The notes under the pieces are model-generated. The model was given only the letters and a program-made list of their open reading frames with translations. It had not been told where the DNA came from and ran no database searches. From the NCBI GenBank assembly GCA_037445065.1, contig JBBILD010000018.1, positions 14,163-78,162 on the forward strand: a DNA stretch of 64,000 bases. Reading direction: 5' to 3'. This document shows positions 1-9,272 of the stretch, piece by piece (position 1 is the first letter of the stretch; every line of letters starts with the position of its first letter). Made by a program: the position numbers and the translations under genes. This DNA is from Myxococcales bacterium. GTDB lineage: Bacteria; Desulfobacterota; Binatia; HRBIN30.

Positions 1-175
1 CCACTCGCTCGAGGCCCACCTTCCGCACCTCGTTGGCGATAAACGCGGTCAGGATACGGCAGAGGAGCGGAGGGTTGGTGGGAATTCGCGGCCGCAAGTG
101 CCGCGCGCCCGCGCCGCTCGTTGCCGCCGCTGCGGCGTCCGGCACTTTGCCGGGTGAAGCGGAGGTGTCACTCAT
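1..175 (-). CDS. nadE: NAD+ synthetase, synthetase subunit (5' part only; runs off the window start)
   Basis: Not in ORF track. Manual translation from ATG at 175: MSDTSASPGKVPDAAAAATSGAGARHLRPRIPTNPPLLCRILTAFIANEVRKVGLERV, resembling the NadE helix that precedes the GLSGG PP-loop. Start overlaps the stop of the upstream nitrilase-family gene. Confidence 0.65.
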   Translation of the reverse strand, partial: MSDTSASPGKVPDAAAAATSGAGARHLRPRIPTNPPLLCRILTAFIANEVRKVGLERV

Positions 176-1040
176 GCGGCTCCCTCTCCTGCTGGCGAAT
201 GCGCAGCAATTCGTTGATGGTCAGATCCAGGTTCTCGTCGCGCAAAAGCGGGGCAGCCACCCGCTGTCGCCTCGGCTCCTTGAGGCACAGATCGGCCACG
301 ATCAAGTCTTCCTCGTAATACCGGCCTTTGGCCAGGCGCTGGCCGTCCGGCGCCACGATTTCCGACCCGCCCCAGAATCCCACACCATCTTCGAAGCCCA
401 CGCGATTTGCGTAGACCACGTACAGCCCGAAGGTTTGCGCGTACATCGCGTTGAGCAGCTCCCAGTAGGCTGCATTGTCGTCGCGCTCGCAGCCGTCGTG
501 AATGCCACGCAAGGGGCTGCTCGATGGGCAAATCACCGCCAGCGCTCCATCGAGCGCCGCGATGTACACGGTGGAAGGGTGCCAGAGGTCCTCGCAAATG
601 AGCACCGCTGTTCGTCCCAACCCGGAAGAGAAGCAGCGGATGCGATCGCCGCGCGCCAGGTAGCGTGCTTCATCGAACAAGCCGTAAGTGGGCAGGTAGA
701 CTTTGCGGTGTACGTGCCGCAACTCGCCGTCGCGAAAGTACAGGGACGAATTGAAGAAGCGGAAGTCCTCGCTTTCTTCCACCAGTCCGACCACCAACTC
801 CACGCCGCGGCTCAGTTCGCCCAACCGCTGCATCTCCGGGGCATCGCGCCGCAGTGCCACCGTGGAGACCATGTCCTTGAGAAAGTATCCCGTAAGCGAC
901 AGCTCCGGAAACACGATGAGATCTGCACCGCGGGCACGCGCCTCGCCGATCCACTGCTCGTGCAAGGCGAGGTTGGTTTGTAAGTCCCCGAGGCGGGGAG
1001 CCAATTGCACGATGGCGATGCGCCGGAACAGATCGCCCAT
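168..1040 (-). CDS. Carbon-nitrogen hydrolase (nitrilase superfamily), probable glutaminase subunit of NAD synthetase
   Basis: E-K-C triad motifs VFPEL, HRKVYLPTYGLFDEARY, LICEDLW; NRVG..FWGGS motif; coupled to nadE. Confidence 0.85.
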   Translation of the reverse strand: MGDLFRRIAIVQLAPRLGDLQTNLALHEQWIGEARARGADLIVFPELSLTGYFLKDMVSTVALRRDAPEMQRLGELSRGVELVVGLVEESEDFRFFNSSLYFRDGELRHVHRKVYLPTYGLFDEARYLARGDRIRCFSSGLGRTAVLICEDLWHPSTVYIAALDGALAVICPSSSPLRGIHDGCERDDNAAYWELLNAMYAQTFGLYVVYANRVGFEDGVGFWGGSEIVAPDGQRLAKGRYYEEDLIVADLCLKEPRRQRVAAPLLRDENLDLTINELLRIRQQEREPHE

Positions 1041-1117
1041 GCCAACCTATCTGGCACGGCGCGGGAAAAACACAAGCGCCGCCGGTGCTCCGGGCTTCGC
1101 CCTCCGGCAAAACTGGC

Positions 1118-1894
1118 TCAAATCGCTGCCGCAACCGCAGCAGGCCGTTCCAGGATCACCATGTGGCCCGCTTCCGGTACCACCACGAGCGAGGCTCCTG
1201 GAATCCGTTCGGCGTAGCGGCGGCCGTAAGCGAGCGGAAAGAAACGGTCTGCCTCCCCCCACACCACGGTGGTCTTGGCGCGGATACGGCTCAAGCGAGG
1301 TTCGAGCTTGGGGTCGTGGAAATACGGGTTCCACGCCACCCGCGCCAACGCCTCCATGGCGCGGAACTGCCGCAGGATCACCTCTTCCGGGAGCTGCGAG
1401 ATATCCGTCACCGCGTGCATGATTGCCGCCAGGGGGTGCGTTTGGTCTGCAAACAGCAGCTCCGCTAAGTGCGGAGGGTCGTTGCCAAACAATTCAGCAG
1501 GTGGGTTCTCGTCGAGCCAAAGCCCGGCCGCCGCAACCAGGCAGAGCCGGTGTGCGATGCGCGGGTAGCGGACGGCGACTTCCGCAGCGAGCCAGCCTCC
1601 CAGCGACGCGCCGACAAGAACGATGCCTTCTCCGCTCAGGCCAGTTGCGTCGAGCCAATCGAGGGTGTGGAACACCAGATCCTCGATAGACTCCATACGC
1701 TCGCCTCCCGTAGACGCACCGAAGCCTGGCAACAGAGGCTGATGGACCGTGAAGCGCTCTGCCCAGAGGTCGAGGGCGGCGTGCCACTCACTGTCTGCCA
1801 GCCCACCGTGCAAGTACACCAGGGGAGGCCCTTGCCCCCGCACGCGGTACTCTACCGTTTCGCTTCCAACTCGAACCGTCTGTGCGACGCTCAT
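1118..1894 (-). CDS. Alpha/beta fold hydrolase
   Basis: YLHGG, GASLGG nucleophile elbow, WGEAD, PEAGH. Start taken at ATG 1894, just after the LLM stop. Confidence 0.9.
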   Translation of the reverse strand: MSVAQTVRVGSETVEYRVRGQGPPLVYLHGGLADSEWHAALDLWAERFTVHQPLLPGFGASTGGERMESIEDLVFHTLDWLDATGLSGEGIVLVGASLGGWLAAEVAVRYPRIAHRLCLVAAAGLWLDENPPAELFGNDPPHLAELLFADQTHPLAAIMHAVTDISQLPEEVILRQFRAMEALARVAWNPYFHDPKLEPRLSRIRAKTTVVWGEADRFFPLAYGRRYAERIPGASLVVVPEAGHMVILERPAAVAAAI

Positions 1895-1910
1895 GCGCGC
1901 CCTTCCTCCG

Positions 1911-3062
1911 TCAGGCAGCGTTGCTGGCACGTGCCCGCTCCCACGCGCGCAGGCGCGGCATCACCTCGCCCGCGAACAGTTCCATGTTCCGGCGCGTGAG
2001 TTCGGCGGGCAGCGTACCGATTTGCAGCAGCGTGAGGATGTTGCCGACGCCGAGCGACTCGATCATTTCGCTCATTTGCTCGAATACGGTCTCCGGGCTG
2101 CCCACAATGGCGTAACGCCCTTCCACAACTTGCTGCCAATTTTCCACGAAAAGGAGGAAGTCGTTCCGGGCGGTGACCAGTTTTACGGCCGAGCGCGCAG
2201 TGGTGTAGCCTGGCGGGCTGGTCTCGATGCCTGGAAGCAGCCGCTTGGCAAAGTACCAAAAGTGCGGCTCGAACTCGCGCCGTGCCTGGGCGTCGGACTC
2301 GCTCACATAGATCGGGCAAAGCCAGCCCATCTGCGCGGGCTTGGCCGTGTAGCCTTCCCGCTCGCACGCTTCGCGGAAGAAATCGAAATTGCGCTGGAAG
2401 ACGCGCCGGTGGAAGTAAGGAATGCCCATGTAGGCGTATCGGCGGCGGGCCACGAACTCCATCGTCTCTAGACTTCCCGCTCCCGGGATCCAAATCGGCG
2501 GATGGGGTTTCTGCAGCGGGCGCGGCCACGGGTTCACGTAGCGGAGTTTGTAGTGTTTGCCGTTGAACACAAAGGGCCCCGGGCGAGTCCACGCCTGGAC
2601 AATCAGGTCGTGCGCTTCGTAAAAGCGCTCGCGCGCCTCGGCCGGGTTGATCCCGTTCGAGTAGTACTCCGGACCACCGCCGACCACCATACCAGCGATC
2701 AAGCGGCCCCCCGAAATGACGTCAATCATGGCGAACTCTTCCGCCACGCGCAGCGGCGGGTTGTACAGCGGCAGAGCGTTCCCGACGATGGCGATTTTGC
2801 AAGAACGAGTCTGGCGTGCCAGGATCGCGCCGATCAGGTTGGGCGAGGGCATGTTGCCGTAGGCGTTGGCGTGGTGCTCGTTGACGCAGACGCCGTCAAA
2901 GCCGAGCTTCTCGGCGTACACCAACTCGTCAATGTACCGGTTGTACACGGCGACCCCCCGCTCGGGATCGTACAATTCATTCGGGCAGCGGATCCACGCA
3001 GGGCCCTGGTAGCTCTCCGGCAAGTGCGGCCACGGCATCAAATGAAAAAAATAAAACTCCAT
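1911..3062 (-). CDS. LLM-class flavin-dependent oxidoreductase (luciferase-like monooxygenase)
   Basis: AEKLGFDGVCVNEHH, P.RVAEEFAMIDVISGGRL, PRPLQKPHPPIW, ELFAGEVMP motifs. Confidence 0.92.
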   Translation of the reverse strand: MEFYFFHLMPWPHLPESYQGPAWIRCPNELYDPERGVAVYNRYIDELVYAEKLGFDGVCVNEHHANAYGNMPSPNLIGAILARQTRSCKIAIVGNALPLYNPPLRVAEEFAMIDVISGGRLIAGMVVGGGPEYYSNGINPAEARERFYEAHDLIVQAWTRPGPFVFNGKHYKLRYVNPWPRPLQKPHPPIWIPGAGSLETMEFVARRRYAYMGIPYFHRRVFQRNFDFFREACEREGYTAKPAQMGWLCPIYVSESDAQARREFEPHFWYFAKRLLPGIETSPPGYTTARSAVKLVTARNDFLLFVENWQQVVEGRYAIVGSPETVFEQMSEMIESLGVGNILTLLQIGTLPAELTRRNMELFAGEVMPRLRAWERARASNAA

Positions 3063-3105
3063 ACGGCCCTCCTTGGCTGGCCGCGGGGCCCCCGGGCCAG
3101 CCTCG

Positions 3106-4617
3106 TTACACGGTGAAGCGATTTTTACCTTGGCCTGCGCATACGGTTCCCCACAGGCCGATTGCTTCTTCCTTCTCCCACGCTCCTAAGAGATCCGGGT
3201 CGCCCTCCATGTTGGCCAAGAAGCGGCGACCGTCCTCCAAGCGCCCAATGACAATGGCATGCTTGGGTGCCCCGTCTCGCCCGTGCACGACCGTATACGT
3301 CTCCACGCACCCGCGCCCCTCGGGGTGTTGCACCACCTCCGGCCGGGGCATGGCATCGATGCGCTCTTGGTACGTCGCCGGATCCTCACGCAAAAAGGGG
3401 CGCGGTGGCCGCTCGGTGCTGTAGAGCCCGATACTGTGCTTGGTAACGTACCAACCCACTCCGCTGACCAACCCGCGTTTCCCCGGATGTTCGCGCAAAA
3501 CACCGAGCATGGTGGCGATCGCGTGGGTGACGTAATTGTTGCCCGGCCCACCCGCGTACGGCAAACCTCCGGTAACGGTCAGTGGGCGGGGATCGTCGCG
3601 CGGGATGCCCAGGGCATCGCGGCCGAGTTGCACAGCGCAGGGGAAGCAACTGTACAGGTCAACAAAGTCTACGTCCTCGATGGACCACCCGGCCATGCGG
3701 AACGCCTGCTCGCCGGCAACACGGATCGCCGGCGAGCTGTAGTAATTGATGCGCTCGCTCACGTACCAGTGATCCTGTGTGTCGGCGCACCCCCATAAGT
3801 ACACCCAGCGGCTCTCAGGAACGCCCAAGGCGCGCGCGTGAGCGGCGGAAGTGAGGAGCAAAGCAGCGCCCTGATCCACCTCGATAATCGCGTTCATGTA
3901 CTTCGGGTACGGAAAGCAAACCATGCGGTTTTCCGCGCTAACCGTAGTGATCTCTTCGGCGGTCCGCTGCTGTGGGAACCAAGCGTAGGGATTGCAAGCC
4001 GCCACTTCCGTCATGCGCGCGCATAGGCGGCCGAGCTCTTGGCGGTGCTGTTCGATCGTCCAGCCGTAGTGATGGCGGAGGGCGTTTTCGAACAGCGGGT
4101 AGATGGCAATGGGCAAGACCAAGCCGTGCGCCGACTCGTGGTCGTTTCCGCCGGGGCGAAAACTGCCCATGGTGGTAGGCTCGGCAAAGCCTTCGACTGC
4201 GCCAGCTCGCCATTGCACCGGCACCCCCTTGCGTCCGGCCCGTTGCGTGGTGGCCAGCGCCTCGGCACCGGCGAGAATGGCTAGACTCACCTCGCCCGTG
4301 GCGATGCGGGAGGCGATTTCGTTGACCAGCCACTGAGGAGTGTTGCCACCCCAGGAAGAAAGCCAAAGCCGCTGCGGGTGAGCGCCGAGTTCTGCTGCCA
4401 GCGCCGCGGGTGGATTGGCGTACTGCCAACTGAGAATGTTCACGACCGCCACCAGGTCCGCCTTCGCCAAGGCAGAGCGGGGCAAGCGAGCGTCATCCGC
4501 GGCGCGCAGTGCCGCCTCGCGCATCAGTGCCAGCGGCTCGAGAGCCTCCTCCGGCTCAACGTCCCGCTGGGTGATCTGCCCACCCCCAATCAAAACGGGA
4601 ATCCGTGCTTCGTCCAT
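3106..4617 (-). CDS. Non-canonical thiolase-like protein (acetyl-CoA acetyltransferase family) with C-terminal OB-like domain
   Basis: GGNTPQ, LAGAEA, VDQGAALL, DLYSCFP, TGGLPYAGGPGNNY; C-terminal ETYTVVH...GRRFLA. Confidence 0.85.
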   Translation of the reverse strand: MDEARIPVLIGGGQITQRDVEPEEALEPLALMREAALRAADDARLPRSALAKADLVAVVNILSWQYANPPAALAAELGAHPQRLWLSSWGGNTPQWLVNEIASRIATGEVSLAILAGAEALATTQRAGRKGVPVQWRAGAVEGFAEPTTMGSFRPGGNDHESAHGLVLPIAIYPLFENALRHHYGWTIEQHRQELGRLCARMTEVAACNPYAWFPQQRTAEEITTVSAENRMVCFPYPKYMNAIIEVDQGAALLLTSAAHARALGVPESRWVYLWGCADTQDHWYVSERINYYSSPAIRVAGEQAFRMAGWSIEDVDFVDLYSCFPCAVQLGRDALGIPRDDPRPLTVTGGLPYAGGPGNNYVTHAIATMLGVLREHPGKRGLVSGVGWYVTKHSIGLYSTERPPRPFLREDPATYQERIDAMPRPEVVQHPEGRGCVETYTVVHGRDGAPKHAIVIGRLEDGRRFLANMEGDPDLLGAWEKEEAIGLWGTVCAGQGKNRFTV

Positions 4618-4644
4618 GGCCAGTGTTCCCGCTGCGACTCTCCC

Positions 4645-5739
4645 TCAGGAATACACGATCACGCTGCGCGCGACCTCGCCCGACTCCATCGCCGCAAAGG
4701 CCTCGTTGACCTGGTCCAACGAGATACGGCGAGAAATCAACTGGTCCAGCTTGAGGCGCCCTTGCATGTACAGTTCGAGCAGCTTGGGCATATCGCGCCG
4801 CATGTGGGCGGAGCCATAGAGAGAACCGAGTACGGCTTTCTCTTCGAGCGGCACCGCCGATGCCGGCAGGCTGATCGTCTGGTCGAAGCCAGGCACACCG
4901 ACCACCACTACTTTGCCGCCGCGCCGCACGGACAAGAAGGCTTGGCTGATCACCTCCGGGCTGCCGATGACCTCGAAGGCAAAATCAGCCCCGATGCCGC
5001 CGGTGAGGGAGCGGATCGCGTCCGGAACGTCCGGCGTTTGCCGGGCGTGGATCGTGTCGGTGGCACCGAACTCACGCGCCCAGTTGAGTTTCTTGTCCAC
5101 CACGTCCACAGCGATGATGCGCGAAGCGCCGCACAACGCGGCTCCTTGGATCACGTTCAGCCCAACTCCACCGCAGCCGAAGACCGCAACCGTTTGCCCG
5201 GGGCGTACCTTGGCGGTGTTCATGGCGGCACCCACACCGGTCATCACCCCGCAGCCGACCAAGCAGGCCTTGTCCAAGGGCACTTCGCGCGGAATTTTGA
5301 TGCAGGCGGAAGCCCGCACCACGGTGCGCTCCGCGAACGAGGCGACTCCTGCCATGCGGGAGATCCCGATGCCGTCCTTCTCGAAAGCGAGTTCCTCACC
5401 CGCCATCATGGCTTTGATGGCATGATCGCACAGGTGTTCCTCGCCGCCGACGCAATACGTGCAGCCGCCGCAACTTTGCACCCAGGACAGCACCACGTGG
5501 TCTCCTGGTTCGAGACCCGTGACTTCGCGGCCCACTTCCTCGACAACGCCGGCACCCTCGTGGCCCAAAATCACTGGCGGCGGAAACGGAAGCTTGGCTT
5601 GCTGGACGGAGAGATCCGAGTGGCACACGCCACTGGCAGCCAGCTTCACCACCACCTCGTCGGGTCGCGGTGCGCGTACCTGCACCGTCTCCACCTTCAG
5701 AGGCTCGAAAAAGTTGTAAAGCACAGCACCACGCGTCAT
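4645..5739 (-). CDS. Zn-dependent alcohol dehydrogenase (class III-like MDR)
   Basis: GVCHSD, GHEGAG, structural Zn Cys cluster CGGCTYC..C, GCGGVG Rossmann motif; GGGAGGGAG RBS before ATG 5739. Confidence 0.93.
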   Translation of the reverse strand: MTRGAVLYNFFEPLKVETVQVRAPRPDEVVVKLAASGVCHSDLSVQQAKLPFPPPVILGHEGAGVVEEVGREVTGLEPGDHVVLSWVQSCGGCTYCVGGEEHLCDHAIKAMMAGEELAFEKDGIGISRMAGVASFAERTVVRASACIKIPREVPLDKACLVGCGVMTGVGAAMNTAKVRPGQTVAVFGCGGVGLNVIQGAALCGASRIIAVDVVDKKLNWAREFGATDTIHARQTPDVPDAIRSLTGGIGADFAFEVIGSPEVISQAFLSVRRGGKVVVVGVPGFDQTISLPASAVPLEEKAVLGSLYGSAHMRRDMPKLLELYMQGRLKLDQLISRRISLDQVNEAFAAMESGEVARSVIVYS

Positions 5740-5753
5740 GTCTCCCTCCCGAC

Positions 5754-5765
5754 ACAAGAACTTGC
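5754..5765. promoter_or_regulatory. Palindromic CAAG-N2-CTTG site, candidate TetR-family operator of the ADH operon
   Basis: ACAAGAACTTGC just upstream of the ADH RBS; same core at 35026-35035 upstream of the SDR. Confidence 0.3.
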
Positions 5766-6051
5766 ACCGGGTTCCGTACGCCGCTGCCCAGCGAAGCGCA
5801 AGCTAGGGCCAGGCCGCAAACCATGGGCTCGGATGTCTCTGCTACGCTTGGCGGCGCAGGCGGCTTGCGAGGGCAACCAACCCTCTGCCCCCTCTGGCCT
5901 CGCAAAGGGTTCCGCAACTCCAACCGGCGCTACTTAGCCCATACCGTTGTCTCGTGGACCGCCGTGCAGCTCCGGCGGTTCCATTCCTCGGTCGCACGGA
6001 CGCACCGGCGTTCGCCCAAACCTGCATCCGGCGACCTAGGGCAGCGAGGGT

Positions 6052-6774
6052 CTACGACAACTTGCCGCGAATCATGGCGGCAAGGATGTTTGCCGGTTTG
6101 CGCAGGTCGGTAAACAAGGTCGCTACCAGGTAGGTCACCACGAACAGGCCGGCAAGAAACGCGCGCGGCCAGCGCTTTTCCCAGGCAAGCAGGCGGGTGA
6201 CTAGGAGCTTTGCCCAAGCCGAACGCATGGTGAGCCACGTGCAACCAATGCCCAACGCAGCGCCAGCCAGGATATCGGTGGCGTAATGTAGCCCGAGGTA
6301 AACCCGCGGCAGGCTAACGACCACGGCGGCGTGCGCCAGTGCCAGCCAACCCAGCCCCCGATCCAGACGCCAGAAGCCTGCTGCCAAAGCGAAGAACAGC
6401 GAAGCGTGATCGCTCGGAAACGCGCTCCACTGGTCCCAACCGGGAGAGAGATTCGGCTCCATCCCCATGACGATTCGGGGGCGCGGGCGGCAGGGAAGGA
6501 CCAGCGCCAAGAGCGAAGCACAAAACAGCGCCAGCGCGGCACCGAACAGCGTGCGAATCAGCATCTCGCGCCGCGCCGCACCTTCGTGTCGGTTGGATTT
6601 CTTTTGTCCCGTCTGTTTCTCTTCCTCAGCCCAGCACCACCAAAACAGTGCCATCGCGGCGCCGCCCTTCACGAGTTCCCAAGAAGCAAGGAGATTCACC
6701 TAAGCATCGAACGCGATCCAGCGGTTGGCCGGGATGGTCACGATGCGGGCGATCCAGAAATCGAAGGGGTTCAT
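6052..6774 (-). pseudogene. PAP2-family phosphatase interrupted by an in-frame TAG at 6700-6702 (215-aa ORF from GTG 6699 remains)
   Basis: PAP2 motifs RPRP, SAFPSDHA, SLPRVYLGLHYATDILAG. Frame continues upstream through TAG to ATG 6774 (MNPFDFWIARIVTIPANRWIAFDA*VNLLAS), which has a GAGGTG RBS. Confidence 0.7.
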
Positions 6775-6808
6775 GCCCACCTCGCGCTCGAACGGTGGGG
6801 CAGCCCGT

Positions 6809-7654
6809 TCATTCGCGGAATCGTGCCTGAGCCTGAGAGAGCACGACGTTGCCGCGCTGTGTCTCGCACTGCACGATGGCTTCCCCTCGGGCCGTACGCC
6901 ACATTTTGGTCACGATCGTGTCGCCAAAATACACCTGATCGGCGAAGCGCGCCTCGAAGTGGAGGAAGCGAGCCGGGTCACCCCCGCACAAGGCCTGGAG
7001 GATGGCACGGCCAGCGAAGCCGAACGTGCACAAGCCGTGCATGAAAGGGCGCTCGAATCCAGCCATGCGCGCGAATTCGGGATCAATGTGGATCGGGTTG
7101 CGGTCGCCGGACAAACGGTAGATCGCACCTTGCTCGGGGCGCGTCACGGCTTGCACCACCACGTCGGGAGCACGGTCGGGCGGCTGGTTTTTGTCCGCCC
7201 CGCTCGGCCCGCGCTCGCCTCCGAAGCCACCCGCGCCGCGAATGAAGAGCGTCGCCTTGGTGGTGCACAGAAGGCCATCGGCGTCTTCCACAATCCCTTC
7301 ACAGCCGATCACCGCTGCCTTTCCTTTGTCCCACACTTCTGCCACCCGGCCCGTGATGGTCACCTCGGCCTCCGGTGGCAGCTCGCGGTGTAGCGTCACC
7401 GACTGCTCCCCGTGCAACAGCATTGCCAGGTTGATGTCCACTTCCGAGACCAACCCTCCCATAGAAAACATGCCCGGAATCACGGCATAGGTGGGAAGAA
7501 CCTTCGGACCTCGCCCCTCGTACACGAAGTCCAGTTCCCCTTCCGGCTGCGCGCCCACACCTACGGCGTAGAGCATCACGTCCTTGGAGTCCCACCGAAA
7601 GCGTACGGGAGGAAAGGTCAATCCTATTAAATCCGCAGAAATCGCTCGGCCCAT
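6809..7654 (-). CDS. Enoyl-CoA hydratase 2 / MaoC double hot-dog dehydratase (MFE-2 hydratase-like)
   Basis: Hydratase-2 motif YRLSGDRNPIHIDP..A..AGF..P.MHGLCTFG; N-terminal DVMLYAVGVG, LPTY, LLHGEQ. Confidence 0.92.
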   Translation of the reverse strand: MGRAISADLIGLTFPPVRFRWDSKDVMLYAVGVGAQPEGELDFVYEGRGPKVLPTYAVIPGMFSMGGLVSEVDINLAMLLHGEQSVTLHRELPPEAEVTITGRVAEVWDKGKAAVIGCEGIVEDADGLLCTTKATLFIRGAGGFGGERGPSGADKNQPPDRAPDVVVQAVTRPEQGAIYRLSGDRNPIHIDPEFARMAGFERPFMHGLCTFGFAGRAILQALCGGDPARFLHFEARFADQVYFGDTIVTKMWRTARGEAIVQCETQRGNVVLSQAQARFRE

Positions 7655-7775
7655 GCGTGCGCTTGTGCGCCACCGGAAGTTTCTTGTCAATCACGAGGGC
7701 GGAGGCCTGCGCGCCCCAGGAGGGAGAGCAAACCGCCTGCTGCGCGCGAATCGCTAGCGCGCAATCGCCAGCACC

Positions 7776-9128
7776 CTAAAGCGGTGCGGCCTGGGTCTGC
7801 GATTCCGCGGCCTGCACCAAGCGCCCCCGCAAATCGTATGTGGAGGCCCCCACAATGCGAACTGGCACGATGCTGCCCACCGGCGCTGCGCCGTCGAGGT
7901 ACACGACCCCATCAATGTCGGGAGCCTGGGTGGCGGTGCGACCATACCAGCGACCTCGTGCGTCTTGGCCACAGACGAGCACCTCGAGGGTGCGCCCGAC
8001 CTGCGCCCTCTGGTATTCAGCCGCGATCTCGGCTTGCACCCGCATGAGGGCGCGCAGTCGCTCTCGCTTGATTCGTTCGGGCACTTGGCCCGGCAGCTCG
8101 GCGGCTTCCGTCCCTTCCTCACGGGAGTACTTGAACGCGCCCAACCGTTCGAAGCGCTGCTCGCGCACGAAGTCCAGGAGAGCGGCAAAATCTTGCTCGC
8201 TCTCACCCGGGAAGCCGACGATCATCGCTGTGCGGATGGCTACCCCAGGCACGATCTGGCGAATGCGTGCCAGCAAGCGGCGCAAGCTTTCGGGGTCGCG
8301 GTCACGGCGCATGAGGCGCAGGATGCGGGCACTCGCGTGCTGCAAAGGGATGTCAATGTACGGGCAGATCTTCTCCTCGCTCGCGATGGTTTCGAGCAGG
8401 CGGTCGGTCACATGGCGCGGGTAATTGTAGAGCAAGCGAATCCAGCGGAGGCCATCAATCCGAGCCAGCGCTTGCAACAACCCCACCAGATCGGTGCCAT
8501 CACGACGATTGCGCCCGTAGGCGGTAAGGTCCTGCGCGACCAAGTTTACCTCCACCACACCCTCGGCCACTAGCGACTCGACTTCCCGCACCACCGATTC
8601 GATCGAGCGGCTTTCGTGCCGGCCGCGGATTTTCGGAATGATGCAGAAGCTGCAGGTGTGATCGCAGCCCTCGCTCACCTTCACGTAAGCTGAGAAGAAT
8701 TCGCCGGTGCGCACGCGAGGCAAATGGACATCGGGCAGGACGTGCGCGGCGCCCCGGTATCCATGCACGGTTTCCCGCGTGGGCTCCGCCATTAGTTCCG
8801 GAAAGCGGTGGAAATCGCCGGTTCCGAGAAACGCATCCACCTCCGGCAGAGCCTCGGCCAACTGCTCACCGTATCGCTGAACTAGGCAGCCAGTCACCAA
8901 GAGTTTCCGCCCCGGCACTTCGGCTTTCAGCCGGGCCAAGTCGAGAATTGCGTCAATGGATTCCTTCTTTGCCGGAGCAATGAAACCGCACGTGTTCACC
9001 ACCAGGATGTCCGCTTCGTCCGGATCGCTCACGATGGTGGCTCCGGCTCGGCGCGCCAGGCCGAGCATGATTTCGCTGTCCACCAGGTTCTTGGGACAAC
9101 CGAGGCTTTGCAGGTACACTTTCGCCAT
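7776..9128 (-). CDS. rimO: Ribosomal protein S12 methylthiotransferase RimO
   Basis: SLGCPKNLVDSE, NTCGFI, radical SAM motif EGCDHTCSFCIIP, C-terminal TRAM with APDIDG. Confidence 0.96.
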   Translation of the reverse strand: MAKVYLQSLGCPKNLVDSEIMLGLARRAGATIVSDPDEADILVVNTCGFIAPAKKESIDAILDLARLKAEVPGRKLLVTGCLVQRYGEQLAEALPEVDAFLGTGDFHRFPELMAEPTRETVHGYRGAAHVLPDVHLPRVRTGEFFSAYVKVSEGCDHTCSFCIIPKIRGRHESRSIESVVREVESLVAEGVVEVNLVAQDLTAYGRNRRDGTDLVGLLQALARIDGLRWIRLLYNYPRHVTDRLLETIASEEKICPYIDIPLQHASARILRLMRRDRDPESLRRLLARIRQIVPGVAIRTAMIVGFPGESEQDFAALLDFVREQRFERLGAFKYSREEGTEAAELPGQVPERIKRERLRALMRVQAEIAAEYQRAQVGRTLEVLVCGQDARGRWYGRTATQAPDIDGVVYLDGAAPVGSIVPVRIVGASTYDLRGRLVQAAESQTQAAPL

Positions 9129-9272
9129 GCGCAAAGCCGCATCTATAAGGAAGCCTTGCCCTGCCGGCAACCAGAAGATTGCAAGCCGTGCGTGGCTCGG
9201 ATAGCAAAGACGCCTCGCGCCTCGGTCGAGCCGAGTGAGCCGTCCGAGCCGAAATGAGCAAGGTAGGTGGTC

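Noticed and set aside
4378..5937. 519-aa plus-strand ORF and similar long antisense ORFs (33-983, 14510-15532, 46373-47701)
   Set aside because: Antisense shadows of well-supported genes, expected in high-GC DNA.
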